DNA from: Antedon mediterranea
Taxonomy: Eukaryota; Animalia; Echinodermata
Length of the DNA stretch: 64,000 nucleotides
Assembly: GCF_964355755.1 (NCBI RefSeq)
Contig: NC_092678.1
Span: forward strand, 18,803,365 to 18,867,364
Reading direction: 5' to 3'
The position numbers were made by a program, and so were the translations under genes. Below are positions 13,800-24,022 of the stretch, piece after piece; within the stretch, counting starts at the first letter, position 1, and every line of letters starts with the position of its first letter. The notes under the pieces are model-generated. The model saw nothing but the letters and a program-made list of their open reading frames with translations, did not search any database and had not been told where the DNA came from.

Positions 13800-14432
13800 T
13801 ATAGATCGGCTTAGCTTTGGATCACACAAAACATCTTTATAAACGTGGGCTAGACGCTGAATTTTAAGAAACGGTGTACAAAGAGCTGTCGTGAGAGCAA
13901 AAAAAATATAAAAAGTATATCGAAAACATTAAAATTAATGCCTAAAACCTAACGGTCCAGGTAACTGGCATCTGAGTGTAAGAAGTCTATGCATTATGAA
14001 AAGAAACCGGTATTAATGTTTTCTGGTGGATCATGATTCTGCAACCAATTTAAACGATCATTTTGTTTCCGTGTGTTGCGCACCTCTCCCTCTTGATGGG
14101 TACTATCTTGCCCGCTTAGTTACCTGCACCTTGTCCTCTTAAGATCTTCCCAGGTAGGTACTCGCTTTAATAAATAAACTGAATGCCGGGAAGACTGGGC
14201 ATCCTGATGATCTATCTTTAAACCTATTAAGGAGTTTAGGTTTCAGCTCACTCCAGTTCTTGCAAATGTGTTCAACAGTGCCTTCTTAAACAGGATGTTT
14301 TTCAAACAGCAATCCCAATCCATGTGGTTAACAACGCTTCTTTCATTCGAGACCAGCAACATATTTCACTGACACCGATATTTGCAAGACTCTTTGAGGG
14401 TTTTATCGTCAGATAGATCACTGATGACATAA
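13800..14432 (+). pseudogene. Decayed LINE ORF2 (linker/RT N-terminus) related to the LINE at 31616-34459
   Basis: Frameshifted translation gives ILRNGVQRAVVRAKK, KCLKPNGPGNWH, KLNAGKTGHPDDL and SLTPIFARLFEGF. These parallel IRNSIQRAITHAK, KCLKSNSPARWH, KLNIQKAGHPEDL and ISLTPIFSRIFESF. Confidence 0.75.
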
Positions 14433-16260
14433 ATATGTTAGATATTGAACTTTCATTTTAGAAAGGATCCTATACTACACATTATTATTATCGATGTAAT
14501 TAATAGTATTATTATTTATTGGATCTTGAAAGTAGTAAAATACTGGTATTAAATAAGTGTAATTGATTCCACAAAGCCTTGGATCACGATGTTTTTATTG
14601 ATAAATTGTAATATAATAATAATTTCCCCTTTGTTTGTTTATCTTCCATTTTTGGATCTAACGTGGATCCACCCTTTATTGTGTATTCATAAACCTAGAT
14701 TATAATATAAGAAACTGTGAACAGGTTTTCTTGGTCCTATTTAATTTCTTCTTTCCTGTTAACTTTTGAATACCTGGTTTTTATTATTTTCCCTTTAACA
14801 TTGTATGAAACATGAGCGTGTCACCTGAGTGTCTATCTATCTAACGACATTGACGCTAATATTATTTTTGATACAAAGCTTTCTTTACGGATGTACATAA
14901 TTTATAAAAGATTTAATAGATAGTGTATATATTTAAGTTAACTAAAGCTGCCGATGTGGTGAGGTTAAGTCCAAAGAGGTTTGACAAAAAAATTTTGTTT
15001 GAGATTAATATTGCATTATGTCAGATGATTTTAAAAATCACCTAGAAAATAACAAATGTCTTTGTATTGGTTACACATGATCACGTGTTTAGTTTAAAAG
15101 GGGTACTAACAAGGGAAACTGTTTTCTGTAAGCAATTGTATATATTACCCTTACTATGAAATATAAATAGATGTTCCTAAAAATATGTAGACAGGTTTTT
15201 TGGGGTAAAACTAGCGTTTACACACATCTTAATGTGATAGAAATTAATTTCACTGCTTATATATCGAGTATAGTATTCTCAAAACATGTCACGGTATTTT
15301 AAGGCAGTTTGCCTATATATTCAATTTTGATTTTATTTAAATTTGTTTAATTATAGCTAGCACATCATTCTAATAGCTTTGTAATTCTTGCAAAAAAATA
15401 ATGTGTATCTCGTGGAAATACAACTACAACAATAACAGTATTATGTTATTTCGTTGCCTGTATATCCTGCTAAAATAGCAACAACTTTGTGAGTTCCTTT
15501 ATAAATATTTAAATAAACAATACTATCGATCATAGCTCATTTGTTATAAGTTATTAGTAATATTCACGTATTTAATTGTTTTTGATGTTCGTGTTTTTTA
15601 TAAGGCCCCCTCGTCACAACATGACGCACCAAAGTCTTTACTTCCTTATTGTGTTTGTAAATGGAAATTTGTAAACATTACAAATATAGTATAGATTAGG
15701 TATCTGGAAAAATATATGACACTGTTGTATTAACACAGAACTTAAAATACGTACAAATATTTATATTTTATTGTCAATCATGGTTATAATGTATTGGTAA
15801 TGTATTATTACTCTTACTTTCATGGGAAGAGTATACTAACACATGAACGGTTGAAATTCGCATATTAAGCTATTTATAGGGCTATATATTGGAAAACATC
15901 CATTTTAGAACTATGCTTCCGCGCCAATTTACACAATTAATTATATATAGATATTTAAACGTCACTGATAAATAACAATTCCTGGTAGTGGTAGCAAATC
16001 CAAGTACAAATTTAGTTTATTTTGCAATGGCTAAAAAATACCACTTTTAAATTATGAGAAAAGAAAGAAAAATAGGTGGCTTTTTGTTAAAGTTAATGTA
16101 CTACCATGATGATGATAGGATTGATTAAAGTTAATTAAAGCCGTGAATTATACACAAATAATGACAAAATAAAATACATTTTTTTTTTAATTTCTATATT
16201 TGTGTGTTGAAATACATACCTCCACAAAGCTACCATGGAGCGTGTCATTTTTCTAATCTT

Positions 16261-16486
16261 TTTTAGTCGCGTGCAAATATAGCAGAAAATGATATTAAGA
16301 ACAAAGTAAATAAAAAGTATATTATTTTATATATTATAAATAGTCTCTATATATGGACCACCTTCTGCCTGGCTGTTGCAGCTCTTTATAACTATTAAAC
16401 TACTGCTTCTGTTAATTCGTCGGTCGGTCGGTAAACACTAACTTAAATGTGTGCACGCGACTGCAGCCATGCATATGGCCTTGTTT
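16261..16486 (-). mobile_element. Helentron-associated (HINE-like) element, same family as 9472-9575
   Basis: The minus strand begins AAACAAGGCCATATGCATGGC. Subterminal inverted repeats AGTCGCGTGCA / TGCACGCGACT and a (CCGA)n tract. Confidence 0.6.
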
Positions 16487-16797
16487 ATTATAGCTTGTCT
16501 AACATAATAAACCCAGACCCATCCATATTAGGTATTTCTTTTTTCCTTTATTCATTTAACTTTAGAACGACCATAAAATAACTATGCCTATCCGGAAAGA
16601 CAGCATATATTATTTATTGTTTAAAAAAGAACTTCAACCTATGAATTCAGTAATACAGAAAACCAGACTGGATTTAAATGTCATTTTATAAATTAGGTTT
16701 TGAGAAGTGTGTTATTAAATTATTTATAGAATAGTTGTCCAGGAGTTACATGCACAATTAAATCAAGAACAACAATTACAGAACACTTTTATTACAT

Positions 16798-16976
16798 AGC
16801 CAATCAGATGAGCTTATTATATCCAAATGTAGTAGAAAACTGGCATATAAATACAAATATCAATATTACTGTACTTGTTTGGAGTGCTTGCCTTTCAAAT
16901 TAAAAGGACAACTGGATTTCAACTCGACTTTTTGCAGTTTTCAAGTTTGCTTGCATTTGTTATGGTCTTTATTTTA
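16798..16976 (+). promoter_or_regulatory. Candidate core promoter and non-coding first exon of the host gene
   Basis: AGCCAATCAG (CCAAT at 16800), TATAAATA at 16846-16853 and a GTAAGT donor at 16977. The next exon has an acceptor upstream of its ATG, so an earlier exon is implied. Confidence 0.3.
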
Positions 16977-18680
16977 GTAAGTAACTCTACATACTAATTC
17001 TCAATTATTTTGTGTTAAAGGAAGCTTTGAGCATTGAGACTGTAAGAAATCCTAAATCAATTACGGTAACGTTACAATGTTCATAGATAAATTGCAATGC
17101 AAGACATTGTCGGCACAACAACAACTTTTAACCAGGAAGTTTGCGTAGTGTAAAGACAATTTTGTGCAAATTCTCCCGAGATTTCACACTGCACTTCACA
17201 CATTTTGAAAAACACACCAGCCGCAAGAGGCCTGTGTTTTTGTCCCGAGATGTTCCGAGTTCTTACTGCGCGTGCGTGTATTGACCTGTCATGTATTAAA
17301 CAGACCATTCATAGTAATCAAACAGCGCGCAACTATTCTTTCCTCCCGTCAAGATTTCAAAAGGTTCGCGTATGCGTGTGTGAAAACGTGTGTAATAGGT
17401 CAAAACAATTTATGCAGATGTGACTGCACAAAAGTTATTTTCTATCATAGCTGAATTATAGAGGAATTAAATGGCTGTGCGGTTTAAGATTATTATTAAC
17501 ATATTTTTATATAAATTTATTTAATAAATAGGGTAGATTATACGGTTTAATTATAGTTGTGCTTTATATTCTTCTAAGAATATAAAGCACGTGAATTCCA
17601 CTTTCCCGATGCTATTTCCTTTAGCATACTACTTTTTATAGAGTCCTGCTAATTTTATATGACCAATTCTGTTTTTTTATTATTATTTTTATTTATCTAT
17701 TGTGAATATCCTCTTATTAATTTGTTTTTGTAATTCCTGTATATGCATTTTCATCTGTATATTATTTCTGTACTGTGTAGTTTACTTTGTGTTCTCATTT
17801 TACTGATTTTATTCTATTATTTTTATATGAGAGAGAAAAACCAATTTCAAATCTTTCGTTGAACTATTTAACAATAAAGTTATCTTTTATCTTGTGAAAG
17901 CATTGGAAGGTATACTTTTAGTTACAAAACATCGTGGCTATAGGTAGCTTTAAGTTTTAGGGGTTGTTACTACATGTGGCGGGTTTCTATTACCACCACA
18001 TGTTAATAATGACGGTTAATGTTACCTCGTATGCAAATTATAAACAGTCAATGAAAGTTAATGAAGACTTAAAAAAGCTTCAACTACAAATGGCACGTTA
18101 TTTTACTAAAGGCTCCACGCGATACTATACGCCCCGTGTTGATCTTGATTGGGTCCCTTTGTCTCAACTACATAAATTATCTAGAACAAAGATTGTTTGA
18201 TTGAAACCTATTGTAACTTTAATATCCTAAAATATAAATTCTTAAGTAGTTGTAATGATACACTTAACAAATGTACAAATGATGTGTACTCATAATGTAT
18301 TTAATGTTCGCGGCATTTTCAGTTAAGAATATTGAACAGGCCTTATCAGAAAAATAAGTCAGAGTGGTCAAACACTTTACTACAAAATAACGTCCGTAAA
18401 CGTTTATTCTAAATTAAAACCTGAACCAAAATTAGAAAAATATCTTCTTGACAAAACACATTTTCTTTTGGTGCCAGCTTAAAGTGTTGAGGGCTTCATG
18501 CATGTCAGCCTCGGCTGTTTCTTATTAAAGAAAGTTTAACAAAAAACAAATAAATAAAAATATGACTTTCTAATCAAAATAGCTCCGTGCACATCCAAAT
18601 TCAATTATCTTGCAGACAATATTTTAAGTGATTTTTTTTTTCAGTTTTGATTGTATCACAGATCTCGTTTACACGTGAAG

Positions 18681-18738
18681 ATGTTACTAACATTTCTGAT
18701 TTTGATATTTAGAATTGTTAGTCTTGTCAATTCACAAA
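18681..18738 (+). CDS. Signal-peptide exon of the sushi/Ig host gene (MLLTFLILIFRIVSLVNSQ, phase 1)
   Basis: Polypyrimidine tract and CAG acceptor at 18642-18644, AAGATG start, 19 mostly hydrophobic codons, A|GTGAGT donor. Phase matches the exon at 55241. Confidence 0.6.
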
Positions 18739-18784
18739 GTGAGTATGTTTCTTCCTTGTTAGCTTTGTAATCCATTTATTATAA

Positions 18785-19158
18785 AATATCAACGTTGATT
18801 CAACATAGAAATTACCAACGTTGAAATGGGTAACGTTTAAATAACATCGGAACATTTTGAAAATAAAAGTTTGCATCAACACAAATGTCAAAGTTGGTTC
18901 AACGAAGACATTATCAATGTTGAAACAACGTAAAATAAGTAAGGTTGAAATAACGTCTTAAAATTGTTGAAAAAGAAATTTTGCATCAATATAAATGTCA
19001 ACGTTAATTCAACGTTGAAATTATCAACATTGCTTCAATGTTGAAATTATTAACATTAAAACAGCGTAATTTAGTTGAATATGAAAGTTCGCATCAACGT
19101 AAATATCAACATTAATTCAACTTTGAAATTATTAACGTTGTTAACGTTGTTTAACATT
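18785..19158. repeat. Degenerate (CAACGTTG)-motif array, left part
   Basis: Many AACGTTG/AACATTG palindromic units at ~20-25 bp spacing. The array continues at 23182-23555 beyond the inserted transposon. Confidence 0.75.
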
Positions 19159-19293
19159 AGAGAGTTTACGAAACACGACGGAGAGGGACGACGACGGATT
19201 ACCAGTGCGCGCTGATGCGTGAAAAGCTGGTTGTCGTCCACTTTAAAAAGTTCGTTTACGATACGCGATGGGATATGTTTGTAAACAATCATC

Positions 19294-20237
19294 ATGGCGT
19301 TCGTACAAGATGCAATAAATATCGCACTTTACGATGATATAATTGACCCTGAGGAGTATTTACTTTTGTATGATTTTAATAAATGCAATAATATAAATGT
19401 ACAGTACAAAGATTACAATAATTTTAATCTTGCATCGTACAATGACGACGAATGCAACGTGTTTTTCAGGTAAGTCACCACCAACCAATCATTAGTAGGG
19501 CCTAAGTAAAGCCTTATCTAGTAAAGCCTATATTTTATGAAAGCAAATAGCTGATTGTAGGTTTAAATTCAATTGAATTTTTGTCAATAAGTTCATTACT
19601 AATAAAAGTAGTGTAATTTGATAATTAAAAACAAAAATTAAATTAAATTAATTATTTATTTGTAGGCCTAACTAAGCCTAGGGCCTAGGCTAGAAAGTAG
19701 GCATTTATACTAGCGAATTAGACTTACCTTGTCTAGAGATAAATGGAGAAAATCAAAGAATAGTTTATAATGGTTATAAGCGTGTTTACTCATTACAATT
19801 TCAATCAGTCGTCACACCAAATGGACTTATAGCAAATCTGTTTGGACCCATCGAAGGATGTCCCGTCATGATGCCTTCATGTTGAGGGAATCTTACCTAC
19901 TACACAAGTTAGAACGCAATGCCGTACGTCGAAATGGAGATCCCCTTTGTATCTATGCATACCCCTTCGTGTTCATTTACAGGCTCCGTTTAAAGGAAAT
20001 TTAACACAGGCTCAAGTTGACTACAACAGATCTATGAGCCAGGTTAAAGTATCTGTTGAATGGCGTTGTAGAAAACTGGAAATTTGTAGACTTTAAGAAA
20101 ACACAAAAAATAGTGCAATTGGGAAAATTTATGTAGTTTGTTGTCTGTTGTCAAATGCCCACACTTGTCTTTATGGCAATATTACGTCAAGAACCTTTCA
20201 ACTCGATCCGCCTGCCCTTGAGGAATATTTCCGATAA
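19294..20237 (+). pseudogene. Harbinger-type DDE (DDE_Tnp_4-like) transposase pseudogene, internally deleted and frameshifted
   Basis: Exon 19294-19469 reads MAFVQDAIN...FNLASYNDDECNVFFR|GTAAGT. ~19740-20237 reads ENQRIVYNGYKRVYSLQFQSVVTPNGLIANLFGPIEG/RHDAFML...AYPLRVHLQAPF...YNRSMSQVKVSVEW. The segment with the first catalytic Asp is missing. Confidence 0.85.
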
Positions 20238-20800
20238 GTTACACAAGCAATACAAGTTTTAATTAAACAAAAATGATTTTAAAACGTTTAAAATGTTTAA
20301 ATATTATTAATTTTAATACAGTAATCCATTCAGATTACTCAGTAAGTTTTGTATACAGTATAATATTGTTCACTTTAAAAGTTGTTATTGCATTTTTTTT
20401 AATATTTCATATTAATTTACTAATTACTTATTTATACACTTTTATTGACAATGTGTATTACAGTGTATTACAGTATATGCAATTTGTTTAAAATATATGT
20501 AAGTTAAGTATAGGAAAATTTCATACTGTAACAATAAAAAAATGCATTTATAGTACTGTAAATTTACTCAAATGTTTAGATTTTATATTGCACATTAATG
20601 TTTACTACAGAAAACTTTAAAAGTTGTTGATATTGCACAATTATAATTACTTTATATATACACTTTTATTATTAAACTTCATGACCTATGAGGGTCTGAT
20701 ACAGAAAAGGCTAATTGAGTCATGAGAAATATCATAAGACCATACTTCATGGTCTTTGGATGAAATGTAAATACAAATATTACTAAGCACTAAATGTACA

Positions 20801-21144
20801 AAGTGGTCTCCAGAAAAGGATGACCAGCTAGTGGAGATGGTGAGAGGAGATGATTATACTGGATCCTTTCCAGTACAGAGAAAGAACACAGCAACGTGGA
20901 AAAGTATGGAAAGACATTGCAAGCAATAATTCACCATCTTTTGACATCAACTTAGATGGAACAAATGTGAGGTTTCGGTGGAATATATTAAAGGAAAAGT
21001 TGAGGGCAAAATTCAATAATGAAATAAGGGGGTCTGGTCCACCAGCATCAGAAACATAGAAGAGAAGATTTGCTAAGTTAATATAAGATGAATGGAGTGA
21101 TGGAGCACAAGCTGCAGGTAAAGCGGTTCATTTCCGACTAAATC
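20801..21144 (+). pseudogene. Inverted, diverged partial duplicate of exon 2 of the element's Myb/SANT gene
   Basis: ORF 20850-21059 (LDPFQYRERTQQRGKVWKDIA...) parallels 21705-22193 on the opposite strand. Similarity runs from AAGTGGTCTCCAG to GACTAAATCA. Confidence 0.85.
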
Positions 21145-21186
21145 ATTGTAATAACTGACAGAAAAACAGGCTTAAGAGGTAGATCA

Positions 21187-23008
21187 TTACTTTTTTTCAA
21201 TTATACGGAGCATGAGCTCCATTTGTTTATTCATTTGAACGTTTTGATTTTGTATCTGTTGACGAGTTAATTCCATTTGTTGTTTCATCATCAACAACAT
21301 ACTTGATTGCGTCTCTTCAGCTTTCTTCTTAGCAGCAGCATCACTCTCCATTTTCACTTTTAAAAATTCCATGGTACTACTTGCTCTGCTATTTTTTGCA
21401 TTTACCTCTCTGTTAATATATAAAAATAAAAATATATGTCCAAATAATAATATTGTGCAATTCTTTTTCATGTACAATAAACTATGACTGCTCATAATTA
21501 TTGGTATACTTAGTTTTGGGAAAAAATAGACAACATGATATCATGTACATTATATAGACAGATAGAAATGATTTTGTCTACGTACTGCTTACCATACATA
21601 TCAAGTTTTAATTACATCATCTCTGTCTATATTTTTGTCTTTGTATTGCTTTACTTTTAGTAAAAACATGTTAAAAATGGATTAAATATGTCTTCAAGAT
21701 CAATTTACCTTGATTTAGTCTGAAATGTCTCTAATGAGCGCTTCCGAACCTCTTCACCTGCAGCTCGTGCTGCGGCTGCATCACTACTCTCTGATCTTAT
21801 GTTTAAGGCATCTTTCTCCTGACTTAGCAAATCTTCTATTGCAGCTTCTGTTTCTGATAATGCTGGTGGAGCGATACCAGACCCTCTTATCTCATTATTC
21901 AATTTTGCCTTCAATTTGTCCTTTAATAGATTCCATCTATCCCTTAAATTTCTTCCATCTAAGTTAAAGTCGAAAGATGGTGAAAGATTGCCTGCAATGT
22001 CTTTCCATACTTTTCCGCGTTGCTGCGTTCTTTCTCTGTACTGGAAAGGATCCAATGTAATCATTTCCTTCACTAACTGGTCATCCTTTTCTGGAGACCA
22101 CTTCTTAGTTGGAGATATTTTTTTTGCTAAAATAGGATAAAAAATGTATGTAATATCAATCAATAACACTACAGAATCAAAGTATTCTGTCATTGATGTT
22201 GTTATAGCTCAGTATATTATAGTAGGCTAGGCCTCAAACCAAGTCTAGGTATAACCAATGTAGACAGGTCTGGATGAAAAATGACTGGTATGACCTAGCT
22301 AGTCTCTAGAAGTAGAGTAGAAGTAGGATGGGTTGCGCCAAAAGCTAAATGTGTGTGTCTTGCTTGGGCCTACTAGCATATAGCTAGTACTACTACTAGG
22401 CCTAGGCCTAGCCTCTAGCTAGGGCCACTAGGCCTAGAACCTAGGTGGCCTAGCCTACCCTTAGGCTAGTCTAATGCTAGCCAGGCTAAACATATATATT
22501 CAACTTGTATTGCCACAAAAATATATAGGCCTAGGCTAGGCCTACCTATATTTAAAAAAAAAAACAATTAGGCCTAGCCTAGCTAGGCCTGGCCTAGGCT
22601 AGGTTAGGGGCCTAGGCCTACCTACGAGCATGGCATTTATGAATAGGAGGTTAAAAAATAGAGGGCCTTCCCAGCCTAGCTAGGCCTAGTTAGTGACTTA
22701 GTATATGTAGGAGGACTAGGCATAGAATAGGCCGTAGTTTAGTTAGGCCTAGATAGTAATAACTACTAGGCCTAGCCTAGGTGTGCCTACCTGCGGCCTA
22801 TTCTTTCTAGGCCTAGGCCTAGGCCTAGCCTACTTTTAGGCAGCAAATGGCACTTTATTTTAAGTGATAATTTTATCTATTATTAAATTAGGTCATAAAT
22901 CAGAAATCAATGCAAACATTATTTAGGATCCCATTATTTAATTGATGATCATTTTAAATATAAACATAACCAAATATACATACTTTGGGCAGCTAATTGA
23001 GAAGTCAT
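21187..23008 (-). CDS. Transposon-encoded Myb/SANT (MADF-like) DNA-binding protein with Q-rich coiled-coil tail. Exons 23008-22984, 22126-21709, 21409-21187 (666 nt, 221 aa)
   Basis: GT-AG introns in phases 1 and 2 join into one uninterrupted frame: MTSQLAAQT-KKISPTKKWSPEKDDQLV...W...RDRW...RGSG...-EVNAKN...IIEKK*. Confidence 0.8.
22215..22840. repeat. TAGGCCTA/CTAG-rich low-complexity tract in intron 1 of the Myb/SANT gene
   Basis: Dense imperfect AGGCCT/CCTAGG/GCTAGC palindromes. Confidence 0.8.
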
Positions 23009-23181
23009 TGTTTGTGTTTTTTATTCGTGCACTGTGAACTGCAAAACAGCAATTTTGCAGTTGTCTTCTACCAGACGACAACTGGTGAAATTACTTACGC
23101 AGGCGCAGTGTCGCCAGTGGGCGTGGCTATCACTGTCAATCACTCGTTGTCTGAGCTCCCGTTGTGTTTCGTAAACTCTCT

Positions 23182-23555
23182 ATTGAAATTATAAACGTTG
23201 AAATAACTTCATAATTTTAGTTGAATGTGAAAGTTTGCATTAACGTAAATTTCAACGTTGATTTAACATAGCAATTATCAACGTTGGTAATAAGTTCATT
23301 TAACGTTATCCGCAAACGTTGAAATAACGTTAAACAATTGTTGAAATAAAGTTTAAATCAACCAAAATATCAACATTGATCTTTGTAGAATAATCAACTA
23401 GATTCAAGATAGAAATATTAACATTTATTCAATGTAAAACTTACATTAAAACATTTAATCAACGTACAGATCAACATTGATTCAATGTTTATTTTACCGT
23501 TGCTTCAAATCATCAACATAACATTAAATAAACGTGGCAATGGTTTAGTTGAATA
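23182..23555. repeat. Degenerate (CAACGTTG)-motif array, right part
   Basis: Same units as 18785-19158. Removing the transposon restores AACATTGAAATT. Confidence 0.75.
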
Positions 23556-23622
23556 ATGAAGAGTGCTCTACAAAACAACATACTATGTATATAGCAGAAC
23601 GTAGAGGAGCGTAATATCCAAT

Positions 23623-23754
23623 TGTTACGGCTCGCTCGTTAGGCTGAAACCAACAATAAGAACATAACAAAACACGTTGTAGTTGTCGTCCATCTTTATT
23701 CATCTCCTCTCTTTTACCCTAGAGGGCTCACTTCCGTGTGACAAACCCATCACA
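23623..23754 (-). repeat. 3' LTR (132 bp)
   Basis: TGTTACGGCTCG...CCCATCACA matches the three pieces at 28937-28974, 31577-31615 and 34460-34513. Confidence 0.9.
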
Positions 23755-24022
23755 CACCCCCACTTAAAGAAAGTTTGATATGATTAAACTTATAACTGTT
23801 TACTATAACATCTTAAATATTGTCTTATACAGTAGTTATTTTAACAGGTCGTTGATATGAATTTACTTCAACTGCTTCTTTAAAATTTCACAAGTTCTAA
23901 TTAATTTACTTTAAATCCGTGTATGCCATTAATGCATCACTCTATCACAACTAACATATTACAATTAAATAAACACTTTTTATATCAACAAAACTTTTAA
24001 AATCATTTCATGCATGTTTTAT

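Larger units (their letters stand above)
60..15545. repeat. Old, diverged, rearranged segmental duplication patchwork (blocks in 2-4 copies; main period ~6.5 kb)
   Basis: 81-1470 recurs at 6556-9325 (offset 6475 at the start). The block 3707-4360 recurs at ~4845-5530, ~10715-11410 and ~14615-15230. 5925-6410 recurs at ~13960-14605. 13345-13490 recurs at 15392-15540. Confidence 0.85.
19159..23181. mobile_element. PIF/Harbinger (PHIS)-superfamily DNA transposon with 3-bp ATT TSD (Pangu-like)
   Basis: TIR AGAGAGTTTACGAAACACGACGG / CCGTTGTGTTTCGTAAACTCTCT. ATT at 19156-19158 and 23182-23184. Convergent DDE transposase and Myb/SANT genes. Confidence 0.9.

Noticed and set aside
14200-14430. Other CTGATGA motifs as hammerhead cores (also ~30994, ~54969, ~58972)
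   Set aside because: No stem II plus GAAA at a suitable distance.
17559-17590. Perfect 15-bp-stem hairpin GTGCTTTATATTCTT-CT-AAGAATATAAAGCAC
   Set aside because: Short AT-rich palindrome next to a decayed repeat-like tail, with no further support for function.
18785-19158. CRISPR-like regularly spaced palindromes
   Set aside because: Eukaryotic context, degenerate units without unique spacers, and no cas genes.
21410-21495. N-termini of ORFs 21187-21495 and 21705-22193 as separate genes
   Set aside because: Both are exons of one spliced gene, and their upstream extensions are intron polypyrimidine tracts.
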